NCBI GenBank assembly: GCA_965223705.1
Contig: OZ245015.1
Span: 2,560,001 to 2,624,000 of the forward strand
DNA from: Myxococcota bacterium
GTDB taxonomy: Bacteria; Myxococcota_A; UBA9160; UBA6930
Reading direction: 5' to 3'
Length of the DNA: 64,000 nt
Shown: positions 20,701-30,583 of the stretch, piece by piece
Numbering within the stretch: position 1 is the first letter of the stretch
Layout: every line of letters begins with the position of its first letter
Notes under the pieces: generated by a model
What the model was told of the DNA's origin: nothing
The model's database searches: none
The model's input: only the letters and a program-made list of their open reading frames with translations
Position numbers and translations under genes: made by a program

Positions 20701-23607
20701 GTGAACGAACCGAGCGAACGCTTCGAGGCGCTGTTTGCCGCGCTTCGCGCCGAAGCCAGCCGATCGGCCTGGTCTCGAGCCGTCGAACTCGCCCGCGCGG
20801 ATCGCGTGGCGACCCAGCCGAGCGCAAACGACGAGCTCATCGCGCGCGTCGACGTGCCGGGAGCCGTCGTGACACCGACGGCCATCCTCTACCCCGCGCT
20901 CGAAGACTGGGAGTGCGACTGCCACGAGGACGAGCCGTGCGCCCACGTGCTCGCCGCGGTGATCGCCCTCCGCCGAGCCGACCGCGAAGGCCGGGCTGTT
21001 CCCCAGGTCGAAACGAGTCAGGGGACGATTCGCTACGGCCTGAGCCGCCGCGACGGGGTACTCCACTTTCAACGGTTCGCCGTGGTCGGCGACCGGAGCG
21101 AGCCACTGCGAGGCACCCTCGACGCGATTGCGCGCGGTCGGGTCGAGGGACCGCGTGTGGCGGCGAGCGAACGGGATTTCGAGATCGAGCGGACCCTCGG
21201 CTCACAGCGCTCGGGGCGCCTCCCGCGCGGCATTCTTCACCGCATCCTGGCAGCCCTCCGCGATGAAGCCGGCCGAGTGACACTCGACGATGAGCCCATC
21301 TGCACCGACGGTGCGCCACTGTCGTTCGTCGCCCGCCTTCGCGACGATGGACCGGACTTCCTGCTGACGGTCGAGCGCGAGCTCACCGTCGATGAGCATT
21401 TCGCCGACGATGTCGTCCGGTGCGGCGACACGTTGCGCCCGACGGGGCAAGCCGGGTTGTCGGGGCGCGAACTCGAGCAGTACGGTCGGGGCGCGCGTTT
21501 TCGGCCCGACGACGCGGCGACGCTCGTCACCGAGATCCTTCCGGAACTCGCGAAGCGGATCACCGTGGAAGTCCAAACCGATCGCCTGCCCCGCGGCGAA
21601 GCGCTCGAACCGCGGCCCGAGGTCGAGCTAGAGCGCGAAGGAGAAGCGCTGCGGGTTCTCGCGACCGTGGTCTACGGCGACCCCCCGGTGGCGAGGATCG
21701 ACGCCGACCGCCTGGTTCCCCTCGGCGACGTCGTTCCGCTGCGCGATCGAAACGCAGAGGCGCGCGTTGTCGCGGCGCTGCGCCAGACGTTGGGTGTGGC
21801 GCCCGGCCACGCCGTCGTATTTCGGGGACGAGAAGCCCTCGTGATGGCCGAGCGCTTGCGCGCCGTGCCCTACGCGCCCCAGGACGCACTTGCCTCCTTC
21901 CGGGAGCGGCGACCCTTGTCGCTGGTGGCTCGTCGAGGGGGCGACGGTTTCGCGTTTGAGAGTGACGGGATCGTTGCGTCTGCAGAACACGTGGTCCGCG
22001 CTTGGCGCGACGGCGCAGAATTCCTCGCCCTGGACGATGGCGGGCTCGCCCCCCTTCCATCCGACTGGCTCGAGCGACACGGCGACACACTCGCCGACCT
22101 CTTGGCCGCTCGGGACTCGAACGGCGCCCTTCCCGCCAGTGCCGCACCGGCGCTCGAAGCGTTCTGCGAAGAGCAGGATCTGCCTGCCCCGGCGCCTCCC
22201 GAGGCGCTTCGACGGATGCTCGAGCTTTCGGACGCGAGCGATCTGATGCACGAGAACTTCGCAGGGACGTTGCGGGACTACCAAGTGCGGGGGCTCGCGT
22301 TTGTACAGAGTCGGACCCGAGCGGGGTTCGGAGCTCTCCTGGCAGACGACATGGGACTCGGCAAGACCGTCCAAACCCTCGCCGGTTTGCGCGGCAGGAC
22401 GCTGGTCGTCGCGCCGACGAGCGTCCTCCACAACTGGCTCGCAGAGGCCACGCGCTTCCGGCCAGACCTTCGGGCCTGCCTCTACCACGGATCGACGCGG
22501 ACCCTCGACGACGACGCGGACCTGGTACTGACGAGTTACGCGATTCTGCGCCTCGACCAGTCGGCCCTCGCGGCGCGCCCCTTCGACACGGTCGTCCTCG
22601 ACGAAGCCCAGAACATCAAGAATCCGGACAGCCAGACCGCCCGCGCGGCGCGCGCGCTTCGCGGCGAAGGCCGCGTCGCCCTGACCGGAACGCCTGTCGA
22701 AAACCGACTCGAGGAGCTGTGGAGCATCTTCGCGTTTCTCAACCCCGGGCTCCTCGGCGCGCGAAGCGACTTTTCCAAGCGGACGGCGCGCCCCGCGGAG
22801 AGCGGAGACCCAGGCGCGTTGGAACGTTTGACGCGCCGTACCGCGGCCTTCTTTCTACGGCGGACCAAAGAAGAAGTGACGCCGGAGCTACCTCCGCGCC
22901 AAGAAGTGACGCGGTACATCGAGCTCGGCGACGACGAACGCGCGTGCTACGACGCGATCCGGGCGGCGCTCGTTCCCGACATCGTGCGCGATCTCCGCGC
23001 AGGCGCTGCGAAACCCCTCGGCGCCCTCGAGGCGCTACTCCGTCTGCGGCAGGCGGCGTGCCACGGGGGGCTGGTGCCGGGTTCGAGAATCGACTCCTCG
23101 TCGAAGCTCTCGGCATTGGCCGACGCGCTGGAGACGGCGGCGGCCGCGGGCCATCGCGCCCTCATCTTCTCGCAATGGACTTCCCTGCTCGATCGGGTCG
23201 AGCCGGTGCTCACGGACCGCGGGGTTTCTTTTTTGCGGATCGACGGATCGACCCGCGACCGGGCGGGCGTTGTCGAAGCGTTCCAGGCCGCGGGCGGCCC
23301 GCGGGCCCTCCTGATTTCGCTTCACGCAGGCGGCACGGGTCTGAACCTCACCGCGGCCGATCACGTCTTCATCCTCGATCCGTGGTGGAACCCTGCGGTG
23401 GAAGCCCAAGCTGCCGCGCGAGCGCACCGGATCGGCCAGACCAAACCCGTGCTCGTGCAACGACTCGTGGCCCGCGATACGGTCGAGGAACGGGTCGTCG
23501 CCCTGCAAGCGCGAAAGCAATCGCTCGCCGACGCGGCGGCCGGCGGAGCGGCGGACCGCATCGATGCCGCGGAGCTCCTCGAGCTCCTTTTGGAGGAGCT
23601 CCGATGA
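20701..23607 (+). CDS. SWIM zinc finger plus SNF2-family helicase/ATPase
   Basis: CDC-x5-CAH SWIM; LADDMGLGKT, DEAQ, TGTPVEN, GLNLT, DPWWNP, RAHRIGQ. Start reset to GTG 20701 because the upstream ORF extension is antisense to greB/chaC. Confidence 0.93.
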   Translation: MNEPSERFEALFAALRAEASRSAWSRAVELARADRVATQPSANDELIARVDVPGAVVTPTAILYPALEDWECDCHEDEPCAHVLAAVIALRRADREGRAVPQVETSQGTIRYGLSRRDGVLHFQRFAVVGDRSEPLRGTLDAIARGRVEGPRVAASERDFEIERTLGSQRSGRLPRGILHRILAALRDEAGRVTLDDEPICTDGAPLSFVARLRDDGPDFLLTVERELTVDEHFADDVVRCGDTLRPTGQAGLSGRELEQYGRGARFRPDDAATLVTEILPELAKRITVEVQTDRLPRGEALEPRPEVELEREGEALRVLATVVYGDPPVARIDADRLVPLGDVVPLRDRNAEARVVAALRQTLGVAPGHAVVFRGREALVMAERLRAVPYAPQDALASFRERRPLSLVARRGGDGFAFESDGIVASAEHVVRAWRDGAEFLALDDGGLAPLPSDWLERHGDTLADLLAARDSNGALPASAAPALEAFCEEQDLPAPAPPEALRRMLELSDASDLMHENFAGTLRDYQVRGLAFVQSRTRAGFGALLADDMGLGKTVQTLAGLRGRTLVVAPTSVLHNWLAEATRFRPDLRACLYHGSTRTLDDDADLVLTSYAILRLDQSALAARPFDTVVLDEAQNIKNPDSQTARAARALRGEGRVALTGTPVENRLEELWSIFAFLNPGLLGARSDFSKRTARPAESGDPGALERLTRRTAAFFLRRTKEEVTPELPPRQEVTRYIELGDDERACYDAIRAALVPDIVRDLRAGAAKPLGALEALLRLRQAACHGGLVPGSRIDSSSKLSALADALETAAAAGHRALIFSQWTSLLDRVEPVLTDRGVSFLRIDGSTRDRAGVVEAFQAAGGPRALLISLHAGGTGLNLTAADHVFILDPWWNPAVEAQAAARAHRIGQTKPVLVQRLVARDTVEERVVALQARKQSLADAAAGGAADRIDAAELLELLLEELR

Positions 23608-24122
23608 GTGACGCCGACCGCGCCGTCGATGCCCAGGTTCGCGCGGACATCGCGGCGCGCGGCTATCACCTGGGCATCGTTCCCGCCCTGCCAACGGCGT
23701 GTGGTTGGGCGTTTAGCGCAGGGCTCCTCGAGAGCTCGAAACATCCCGATCTCATCTGCTTCGGGCCCGATCTCGATCCGATCGCTGGCCTGGTGCAGCG
23801 GTTGTGCGAGTTGGTTCGACGCGGTGAGCGGTTCGACGAACGCGAACGGCACGCAGGAGTGCTCGCCGGAAACGACATCATCACGCGTCCTGTCGAGGCG
23901 AAATGGGTCCCTGTGTTTCTCGGCAATACGGCGTGGCTCTACGAACGCGACACGTTTCCGGCACTCCAATGTTTTTGGCCCGATGCGGGCGGTCGCTTTC
24001 CTTGGGATCCCGACTTCCAGAGCGAGTGGCGTGATCAGCAGCCCTTTTTGTTCGAGTCCCTGACGCACAAAGCACTGCCCGACGGCTTGCTGCAGTCGCT
24101 TCGCACGGACGGTGCGCTGTAG
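23604..24122 (+). CDS. DUF4262-like protein
   Basis: AFSAGL....HPDLICFG...LQCFWPDAGGRFPWD pattern; ATGA coupling to the SNF2 gene. Confidence 0.75.
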   Translation: MSDADRAVDAQVRADIAARGYHLGIVPALPTACGWAFSAGLLESSKHPDLICFGPDLDPIAGLVQRLCELVRRGERFDERERHAGVLAGNDIITRPVEAKWVPVFLGNTAWLYERDTFPALQCFWPDAGGRFPWDPDFQSEWRDQQPFLFESLTHKALPDGLLQSLRTDGAL

Positions 24123-24123
24123 C

Positions 24124-25572
24124 GTGAGTAAGCCGCTCCATATCGTCGTCGTCGGCGGTAGCGTCGCGGGTCTCAGCGCGGCGCTCATGTTGGCCGAGGC
24201 CGGTCACCGCTGTACGGTGCTCGAGCGCGACGGAGAGCCTGCCCCCGAAGCCTCCCTCGACGCGTTCGCCGCGTGGCATCGGCCCGGAGTCCCACAACTG
24301 CGCCATTCCCACGCGTTCCTCGCGCGCTTGAGGAAGCTCTTCCAGGCGCGGCTTCCCGCCGCGTACGATCGCTTGCTCGGGGCAGGGTCCGAAGAAATCG
24401 GCGTCGCCGAACTCTTCGCTCCGACGATCGAAAACCCATCCCCGCAACCCGGGGACGAGGATCTCGTCATGCTCGCGTGTCGGCGCGCGACGTTCGAGTG
24501 GGCCCTTTGGCGCGAGGCGCTCGCCCACGCTTCGATCGAGATCCGTACGGACGCGCGGGTCGTCGGCCTTGCGACCACGCCGGACCGACCCGACTGCATC
24601 TCGGGCGTTCGGCTCGCGGGCGGACCTCCGATCCTCGGCGACCTGGTGGTCGACGCGAGTGGTCGCCACACCCGGGCGCCGCGTTGGCTCGCGGCGGCCG
24701 GCCGCCCAGAACCGAAAATCGAACGGGCCGAAAGCGGCATCTTTTACTGTTCGCGTTTCTACCGCGCCGCGAACGTAGCCACCGAGCGTCGCGACCTCGC
24801 CGTGGCGGTCGACCTCGGTTTTCTCAAGTTCGCCGTGTTTCACGGCGACTCGGGAATCTTCTCCGTCACGTTGGCGGGGCCACCCGACGACCCAGAACTC
24901 GCGACGCTGCGCACAGGCGACAGCTTCGATCGCGCGACGCGGCTGCTGCCCCAGGTGCACCGATTCACCCGGACCGCGCGGCCGGTGAGCCGCGTCTACA
25001 CGATGGCGGGACTCGACAACGTGAGGCGGAGCTACGAACCGGAAGCCACACGGGGGTTCGTCGCGATCGGCGACGCCGCGCTCCATACGAACCCGCTTTA
25101 CGGTCGTGGTTGCACCATGGCTCTCATCCACGCGGCCCTGCTCGTGGATGCGATCGCCGCGCACGGTGCCGGTGCGGCACTGGGTCCGCATCTCGAGAAG
25201 GATGTCGATCGGGAACTCGCCCCCTGGTTCGACTTCGCCTGTCGGCAAGATCGCGACGGCATCGAGCACGCGCAGAGCCACCGAGACAAAGCCCCGAGGC
25301 CCGAAGTTCGCCCGGACGGCACCCTCGACCCGAAGGCGTACATGCGCGCTCTGGTCAAACGCGGGCTCCTTCCGGTCATGCGTCGCGACGCGTGGGTCGC
25401 TCGAAAGGCTTTCCGCGGCTTCCACATGCTCGACCCCCCCGCTTCTCTCATGAACGACCCGGAGGTCATGAAGCGGGTTCTCGCCGAGTTCCGTTCCTCG
25501 CCAAAGGACCCCGCAGAGCTCGGAGCGATCACACGGGCGAGTTTCGTCGCGGCGCTCGGCGGGGCCGAGTAA
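24124..25572 (+). CDS. FAD-dependent oxidoreductase
   Basis: VVVGGSVAGL Rossmann motif, VPQLRHSH, VDASGR, IGDA..HTNPLYGRG. Confidence 0.88.
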   Translation: MSKPLHIVVVGGSVAGLSAALMLAEAGHRCTVLERDGEPAPEASLDAFAAWHRPGVPQLRHSHAFLARLRKLFQARLPAAYDRLLGAGSEEIGVAELFAPTIENPSPQPGDEDLVMLACRRATFEWALWREALAHASIEIRTDARVVGLATTPDRPDCISGVRLAGGPPILGDLVVDASGRHTRAPRWLAAAGRPEPKIERAESGIFYCSRFYRAANVATERRDLAVAVDLGFLKFAVFHGDSGIFSVTLAGPPDDPELATLRTGDSFDRATRLLPQVHRFTRTARPVSRVYTMAGLDNVRRSYEPEATRGFVAIGDAALHTNPLYGRGCTMALIHAALLVDAIAAHGAGAALGPHLEKDVDRELAPWFDFACRQDRDGIEHAQSHRDKAPRPEVRPDGTLDPKAYMRALVKRGLLPVMRRDAWVARKAFRGFHMLDPPASLMNDPEVMKRVLAEFRSSPKDPAELGAITRASFVAALGGAE

Positions 25573-25605
25573 ACTCGGAGCGCACGCCACGAGAAGGAGA
25601 AGCGG

Positions 25606-26088
25606 ATGTCCGAACACGCGAGCGCGGCGCTGGCCGCATTTCAAAAGCAGATCGGTTCAGAGGACGGTGTGGGAGAATGGCACACGGTCGACCAGTCGCA
25701 GATCAACCAGTTCGCCGATGCCACGCTCGACCATCAGTTCATCCACATCGACCCCGAGAAGTCCGCGAAGCTATCGCCCTACAAGGTGACGATCGCCCAC
25801 GGTTTTCTGACGCTCTCGCTCGTTCCGCATCTCGGCGGCAGCATCCCCCACGCTTCGAAGGAAGCTTACGAAGGCTTGGTGATGGGCGTGAACTACGGAC
25901 TCGACCGCGTGCGCTTCCCGAGCCCGGTGAAAGTCAACGCGCGGGTGCGCGCTCGCCGCGAGCTGCTCGGAGCCGATCTGGTGGCGCCGAACACCATTCA
26001 GCTCAAGCAACGCGTGACGATCGAGATCGACGGTGAAGAGAAGCCCGGGTGTGTCGCCGACACGCTCTCCCGGTTGATCTACAGCTAG
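25606..26088 (+). CDS. MaoC-family dehydratase
   Basis: FADATLDHQFIHIDPE, IAHGFLTLSL, NYGLDRVRF. Confidence 0.92.
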   Translation: MSEHASAALAAFQKQIGSEDGVGEWHTVDQSQINQFADATLDHQFIHIDPEKSAKLSPYKVTIAHGFLTLSLVPHLGGSIPHASKEAYEGLVMGVNYGLDRVRFPSPVKVNARVRARRELLGADLVAPNTIQLKQRVTIEIDGEEKPGCVADTLSRLIYS

Positions 26089-26654
26089 ACCGCGCCGTCG
26101 GAGGGAGCTTCGGCTCCCTCTTCCTCGGACTCCTCGGCGTCAGCCGGCGCGGGTTCGACCGCGCCGTCCTCTACACCGATGTGACTTTGCACCCCGACCA
26201 CCCCGGGGATCGCTTTCGCGACGGCGATCGCCCGATCTCGGATCGCCTCCGAAGCCACGCTTCCCCATAGGCTGACGACGCCGCTGTCGACGTTCGCGCG
26301 GATCGCGACGTCCCCGAGCTCCGGCGTCTCCAGCAGAGCGAGCTGGACGGCGCGGAACACGACGTCGTCTGTCGCAAACTCCGCGAGGGCCTGGCGCGCC
26401 TCGTCCACGCGATCGTCGGCATCCCGAAGTGCGGCTTCGGCCTCTTCGAGCTCTGCCTGCGCGGCATCGAGCGCTTCGATTCGGGTCTGCACGAGGCCGC
26501 GGGCAACCTCGGCTTCGGCTTGTGCCTCGGCGAGGTCTTCGCTCGCTTCCCGGAAAGCGGCTTCTTCGCTGTCGCCGCCGCACGCGATCGCAAAGAGCGC
26601 GGCGGCACTCGCCAGGACGAGACGACGGACGTACGTGCGCATTTGACGAGTCAT
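26085..26654 (-). CDS. Coiled-coil plus BON-domain lipoprotein
   Basis: Lipobox FAIAC; heptad coiled coil; BON motif GVVSLWGSV...A..IPGVVGV. Confidence 0.85.
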   Translation of the reverse strand: MTRQMRTYVRRLVLASAAALFAIACGGDSEEAAFREASEDLAEAQAEAEVARGLVQTRIEALDAAQAELEEAEAALRDADDRVDEARQALAEFATDDVVFRAVQLALLETPELGDVAIRANVDSGVVSLWGSVASEAIRDRAIAVAKAIPGVVGVQSHIGVEDGAVEPAPADAEESEEEGAEAPSDGAV

Positions 26655-26688
26655 GGCGAGTCGGCTCCCGCAAAGGCCGGCGAACTGC

Positions 26689-26724
26689 CGGCGCCGCCCC
26701 GACCGAAATGTCGGGGCGGCGCCG
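26689..26724 (-). terminator. 15-bp perfect hairpin between the ompA-like and BON genes
   Basis: CGGCGCCGCCCCGAC-cgaaat-GTCGGGGCGGCGCCG, 8 nt past the OmpA stop; no U-tract. Confidence 0.55.
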
Positions 26725-26732
26725 AGCCGTTC

Positions 26733-27455
26733 TTACTGTTCCAGGTTGAGCTCGACCCGGCGGTTGAGCGCCCGGCCGTCGCGCGTTCCATTGGACGCGA
26801 CCGGCTGACTCTCGCCGTAACCGACTGACTGGAGTCTGGACGCGGATACGCCCTTCGACGCCAGGTAGTCGGCGACCGACCTCGCACGCCGTTCGGAGAG
26901 CCCTTGGTTGTACGCCTCGGGCCCTGTCGAGTCGGTGTGACCCGCGACCGTGATGGCCCCTTCCTCGCAAGCTGCGAGTTGCGAAGCAGCTTCGTCGAGG
27001 ACGATCGCCGCATCGGGGCGGATCTCGGCCTTGTCAAAGTCGAAGTTCACGCCGCGCAACACGATGGTGCCCGCACACGGATCCGGCTCGGGTTCCGGCG
27101 GCGGCGGCGGGGGCGGCGGAGGAGGAGGCGGGGGCGGCGCAGCGCGACGCGGCGGCGGAGGAGGCGGCGGCGGTGCGGCCTTCTTCTCTTTTACGAGTCG
27201 CTTGCACAGGAAGTGGCCGATCACCGCGCCGGCGATCGCACCGGCCCCGGCACCGACGGCGAGCTCTTCGTCACCGCCGTCGCCGTTGTCGCCCTCGGCG
27301 CCGACCGCGACACCGGCGCCGGCGCCGACGATCGTCGTCAACACGTTGCAGGTGGACTTTGTCCACCAGCCGTCACTGCTCGCGCAGCCTCCCAGAAAAA
27401 CTGCTAGGGCCGCTGCTGCGATGAGCTGCAACCCGCCTTTCCGATGAACTACCAA
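26733..27455 (-). CDS. OmpA-family peptidoglycan-binding lipoprotein
   Basis: Lipobox LGGC, glycine zipper, polyproline linker, FDFDKA, GHTD, NQGLSERRA, GYGESQP, NRRVE. Confidence 0.93.
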   Translation of the reverse strand: MVVHRKGGLQLIAAAALAVFLGGCASSDGWWTKSTCNVLTTIVGAGAGVAVGAEGDNGDGGDEELAVGAGAGAIAGAVIGHFLCKRLVKEKKAAPPPPPPPPRRAAPPPPPPPPPPPPPPEPEPDPCAGTIVLRGVNFDFDKAEIRPDAAIVLDEAASQLAACEEGAITVAGHTDSTGPEAYNQGLSERRARSVADYLASKGVSASRLQSVGYGESQPVASNGTRDGRALNRRVELNLEQ

Positions 27456-27607
27456 GATTCCCCTCCCCTCGGCTCAGCTGCGCGAAACTGGTCGGCTGGC
27501 AAAAGCCTGTTCTTCGGTCCTCTATTAGAGCACGCGTAATAACCGAGGTGAAGCCGCATCGCCATGCCCGTGCAACAATGCGCCGGCGAACGAGTGGGTG
27601 GATTCGG

Positions 27608-30088
27608 ATGATCAAGCGGGAATGGGTCGAGAAAAATGAAGAATTGGGGTCATTTTACCTCGGCTCGCGAGTCGACCCGCAGTCGGGCGAACGCCTCGCC
27701 GAACCCTACCTCTACGACGCCAACGATCTTCTCACCCACGCGGTCTGTGTGGGAATGACGGGCAGTGGCAAGACCGGCCTTTGCGTGGGCCTCCTCGAAG
27801 AAGCCGCACTCGACGGCATTCCCGCCCTGGTGATCGACCCGAAAGGCGACCTGGCGAACCTCGCCTTGACGTTCCCCGAGCTTCGGGGTGCGGACTTCCT
27901 TCCATGGGTCGACCACGGCGAGGCCCAACGCGAGGGGCGAACGCGGGAGGAACACGCGGAGGCGACCGCGGAGCTCTGGCGCAAGGGCCTGCTCGAATGG
28001 GGTCAGACGGGGGATCGGATCCGCCGCCTGCGCGACGCGGTCGAGCTCGCGATCTACACACCGGGCAGCCGGACCGGTCGGCCGCTCAACGTGCTCCGCT
28101 CCTTCTCCCCACCTGGAGAGCGAGAAAGCGATCCCGAGGCCATCGAGGATCGGATCCGAGGCGCAGTTTCCGGTCTTCTCGCGATGCTCGGGATCGCACC
28201 GGACCCGATTCGGAGCCGCGAGCACATCCTCCTCTCGAACATTCTCGCGAACGCCTGGGAACGCGGAGAAAGCCCGGATCTAGCCGCGCTGATCCGCGCC
28301 ATCCAAGCGCCGCCGTTCGAACGGGTCGGTGTCTTCGAGTTGGAGACCTTCTATCCCAGCGCCGAGCGTCTGGCCTTCGCGATGCAGCTCAACAATCTGC
28401 TCGCTTCTCCCGGCTTCGAGAGCTGGCTCGCGGGAGAGCCGCTCGAGATCAGCCGTCTGCTCTATTCGCCGGCCGGGAAACCCCGCCTGTCGGTGTTGTC
28501 GATCGCCCATCTGTCGGACGCAGAACGGATGTTCTTCGTGACGATCTTCCTCAACGAGGTCGTGTCGTGGATGCGTTCGCAGCCGGGGACACCGTCGCTC
28601 CGCGCCCTGCTCTACATGGACGAGGTCTTCGGCTATTTCCCGCCGACCGCAAATCCGCCGAGCAAGACCCCCATGCTGACCCTTCTCAAGCAGGCCCGCG
28701 CATACGGGCTCGGAGTCGTCCTGGCGACCCAGAACCCGGTGGATCTCGACTACAAAGGTCTCTCGAACACCGGAACCTGGTTTCTCGGCCGGCTGCAGAC
28801 CGAACGCGACAAAGCGCGGGTGCTCGACGGACTCGAAGGGGCATCGCGATCGGCCGGACAATCGTTCGAACGCGCCGAGATCGAGGCCCGGCTATCGGGC
28901 TTGGGAAAACGCGTCTTCCTCGTGAGTAACGCACACGAAGATGCCCCCCTTCTGATGCACACGCGGTGGGTGATGTCGTACCTCCGCGGACCGCTGACGC
29001 GCGACCAGCTGCGAAACCTCGACGCGGGCGAGACCGAGCCGGCCGACTCGGCCCCGCCCGAGCCCGTTCGAGACGCGCCCGCCGCATCCGTGCCCCGAGA
29101 GCCCGTGCCCGCGAGCCCCGACAGGGCGCGACCGGTGGTCCCTTCGGAAATCGCCGAGAAATTCCTCGCGCGAACCGACGAGGCCACCGGCCCGGTCCTG
29201 TACCGACCGGCGCTTCTCGGCCAAGTCGAGGTGCACTACGCGGACCGGAGCCAGCTCGACCACTGGGAAACGATTCATCTGTTCGCCCCACTCGAAGACG
29301 CGAACCTCCGCACGGTGTGGTCCGACGCCGTTCGGCTCGGCGCATCGCCCGAATTTACGAGCGGGCCCAGCGAGGGTGCTGCGTTTGTTTCTCCGCCCAG
29401 CCGGGTTCTCAGCGCGAAACGCTTCGCCGCCTTCGAAAAGCAGCTCCCCGGCTCGTGCTACCGCCGCTTTCCCCTCGAGCTCTGGCGCTCGAGCGCACCG
29501 AAAGGACGTGCCCAACCGCACGAGACCGAGGGCGCTTTTCTCGGCCGCATGCGACAGCTGCAACGCGAAGCGCGAGACAAGGCCCTCGAAAAGCTGCGGC
29601 GGCGATATGCCCCGAAGCTCGCCCGCCTGGAGGAGCAGATCCGCAAAGCGGAAGCGCGGGTCGAACGCGAAGCGGGGCAATATCGACAGAGCCGTCTGCA
29701 GTCCGCCGTCTCGATCGGGGCGACCTTGGTGGGGGCTCTTTTCGGTCGCAAGCTCGGGAGCGTCGGCAATGTCGGTCGGGCCTCGAGCGCCGCGAAGTCC
29801 GTCGGTCGGGCCAAGCGTGAACGGAGCGATATCGCCCGAGCGGAAGCTGACCTCGAAGCGATTCGAACGCGACTCGAGGGCCTCGAGGCGGAGTTCGAGG
29901 AGCGCCTCGAAGAGGTCCGGCTCGAAAAAAGTGCGGACGAGATCGAATGTGAGCCGTTCCAAGTTCGTCTCAGAAAATCCGACACCGCCATCGCCGGCGT
30001 GTGGCTCGTATGGGAACCGTGGAGCTTCGACCACGGCCGCGCCGGCCGCTCGCTGGCAACGCCATCCAGGGTCGAAACGAGTGGTTGA
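27608..30088 (+). CDS. HerA/DUF87-like P-loop ATPase with C-terminal coiled coil
   Basis: Walker A GMTGSGKT, IDPKGD, Walker B LYMDE, LATQNPVDLDY. Confidence 0.8.
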   Translation: MIKREWVEKNEELGSFYLGSRVDPQSGERLAEPYLYDANDLLTHAVCVGMTGSGKTGLCVGLLEEAALDGIPALVIDPKGDLANLALTFPELRGADFLPWVDHGEAQREGRTREEHAEATAELWRKGLLEWGQTGDRIRRLRDAVELAIYTPGSRTGRPLNVLRSFSPPGERESDPEAIEDRIRGAVSGLLAMLGIAPDPIRSREHILLSNILANAWERGESPDLAALIRAIQAPPFERVGVFELETFYPSAERLAFAMQLNNLLASPGFESWLAGEPLEISRLLYSPAGKPRLSVLSIAHLSDAERMFFVTIFLNEVVSWMRSQPGTPSLRALLYMDEVFGYFPPTANPPSKTPMLTLLKQARAYGLGVVLATQNPVDLDYKGLSNTGTWFLGRLQTERDKARVLDGLEGASRSAGQSFERAEIEARLSGLGKRVFLVSNAHEDAPLLMHTRWVMSYLRGPLTRDQLRNLDAGETEPADSAPPEPVRDAPAASVPREPVPASPDRARPVVPSEIAEKFLARTDEATGPVLYRPALLGQVEVHYADRSQLDHWETIHLFAPLEDANLRTVWSDAVRLGASPEFTSGPSEGAAFVSPPSRVLSAKRFAAFEKQLPGSCYRRFPLELWRSSAPKGRAQPHETEGAFLGRMRQLQREARDKALEKLRRRYAPKLARLEEQIRKAEARVEREAGQYRQSRLQSAVSIGATLVGALFGRKLGSVGNVGRASSAAKSVGRAKRERSDIARAEADLEAIRTRLEGLEAEFEERLEEVRLEKSADEIECEPFQVRLRKSDTAIAGVWLVWEPWSFDHGRAGRSLATPSRVETSG

Positions 30089-30142
30089 CTTGGCCGCGCG
30101 CTCGCGGTTTGCTGCGACTAAACCGGAAGGAGAAATAGGGAT

Positions 30143-30553
30143 ATGGCCAACATGAAAATCGAAGAGGTCGAAGGGATCGGACCGGCGTACGGCGAGAAGC
30201 TCCGCAACGCGGGCGTCACTACGACAGACCAGTTGCTCGAACTCTGCTGCGACAAGGCGGGGCGCAAGAAGATCGCCGAGTCCTCGGGACTGAGCGAATC
30301 CCAGATCCTCAAGTGGGTCAACATGGCAGACTTGTTCCGGATCAAAGGCGTGGGCCCGGAGTTCGCTGAGCTTCTCGAAGCGGCCGGCGTCGATACGGTG
30401 AAGGAACTCGCGACCCGCAACGCGGAAAACCTCGCTGCGAAGCTCGCCGAAGTGAATGAGCAGAAGAAGTTGACGCGCCGGGTACCGAACCTCGAAGCCG
30501 TCGCCGACTACATTGCGCAGGCGAAGGAACTTCCCGCGACCGTTACGCACTAA
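30143..30553 (+). CDS. DUF4332 helix-hairpin-helix protein
   Basis: IEEVEGIGP..., ADLFRIKGVGPEFAELLE.AGVDTV.EL..RN. Confidence 0.85.
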   Translation: MANMKIEEVEGIGPAYGEKLRNAGVTTTDQLLELCCDKAGRKKIAESSGLSESQILKWVNMADLFRIKGVGPEFAELLEAAGVDTVKELATRNAENLAAKLAEVNEQKKLTRRVPNLEAVADYIAQAKELPATVTH

Positions 30554-30583
30554 CGCGTAAAGGACAGCGTCAGGAGCCCCCCA

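Noticed and set aside
27085..27180. GGC/GGA-rich simple repeat as a contingency locus
   Set aside because: It encodes the ordinary polyproline linker of the OmpA protein with mixed codons.
27560..27590. Sigma54 promoter upstream of the ompA-like gene
   Set aside because: GG-GC spacing is 9 nt rather than 10.
20701..30088. Anti-phage defence system built on the SNF2 or HerA-like ATPases
   Set aside because: No partner nuclease, methylase, SIR2 or TerB genes; the context is housekeeping.
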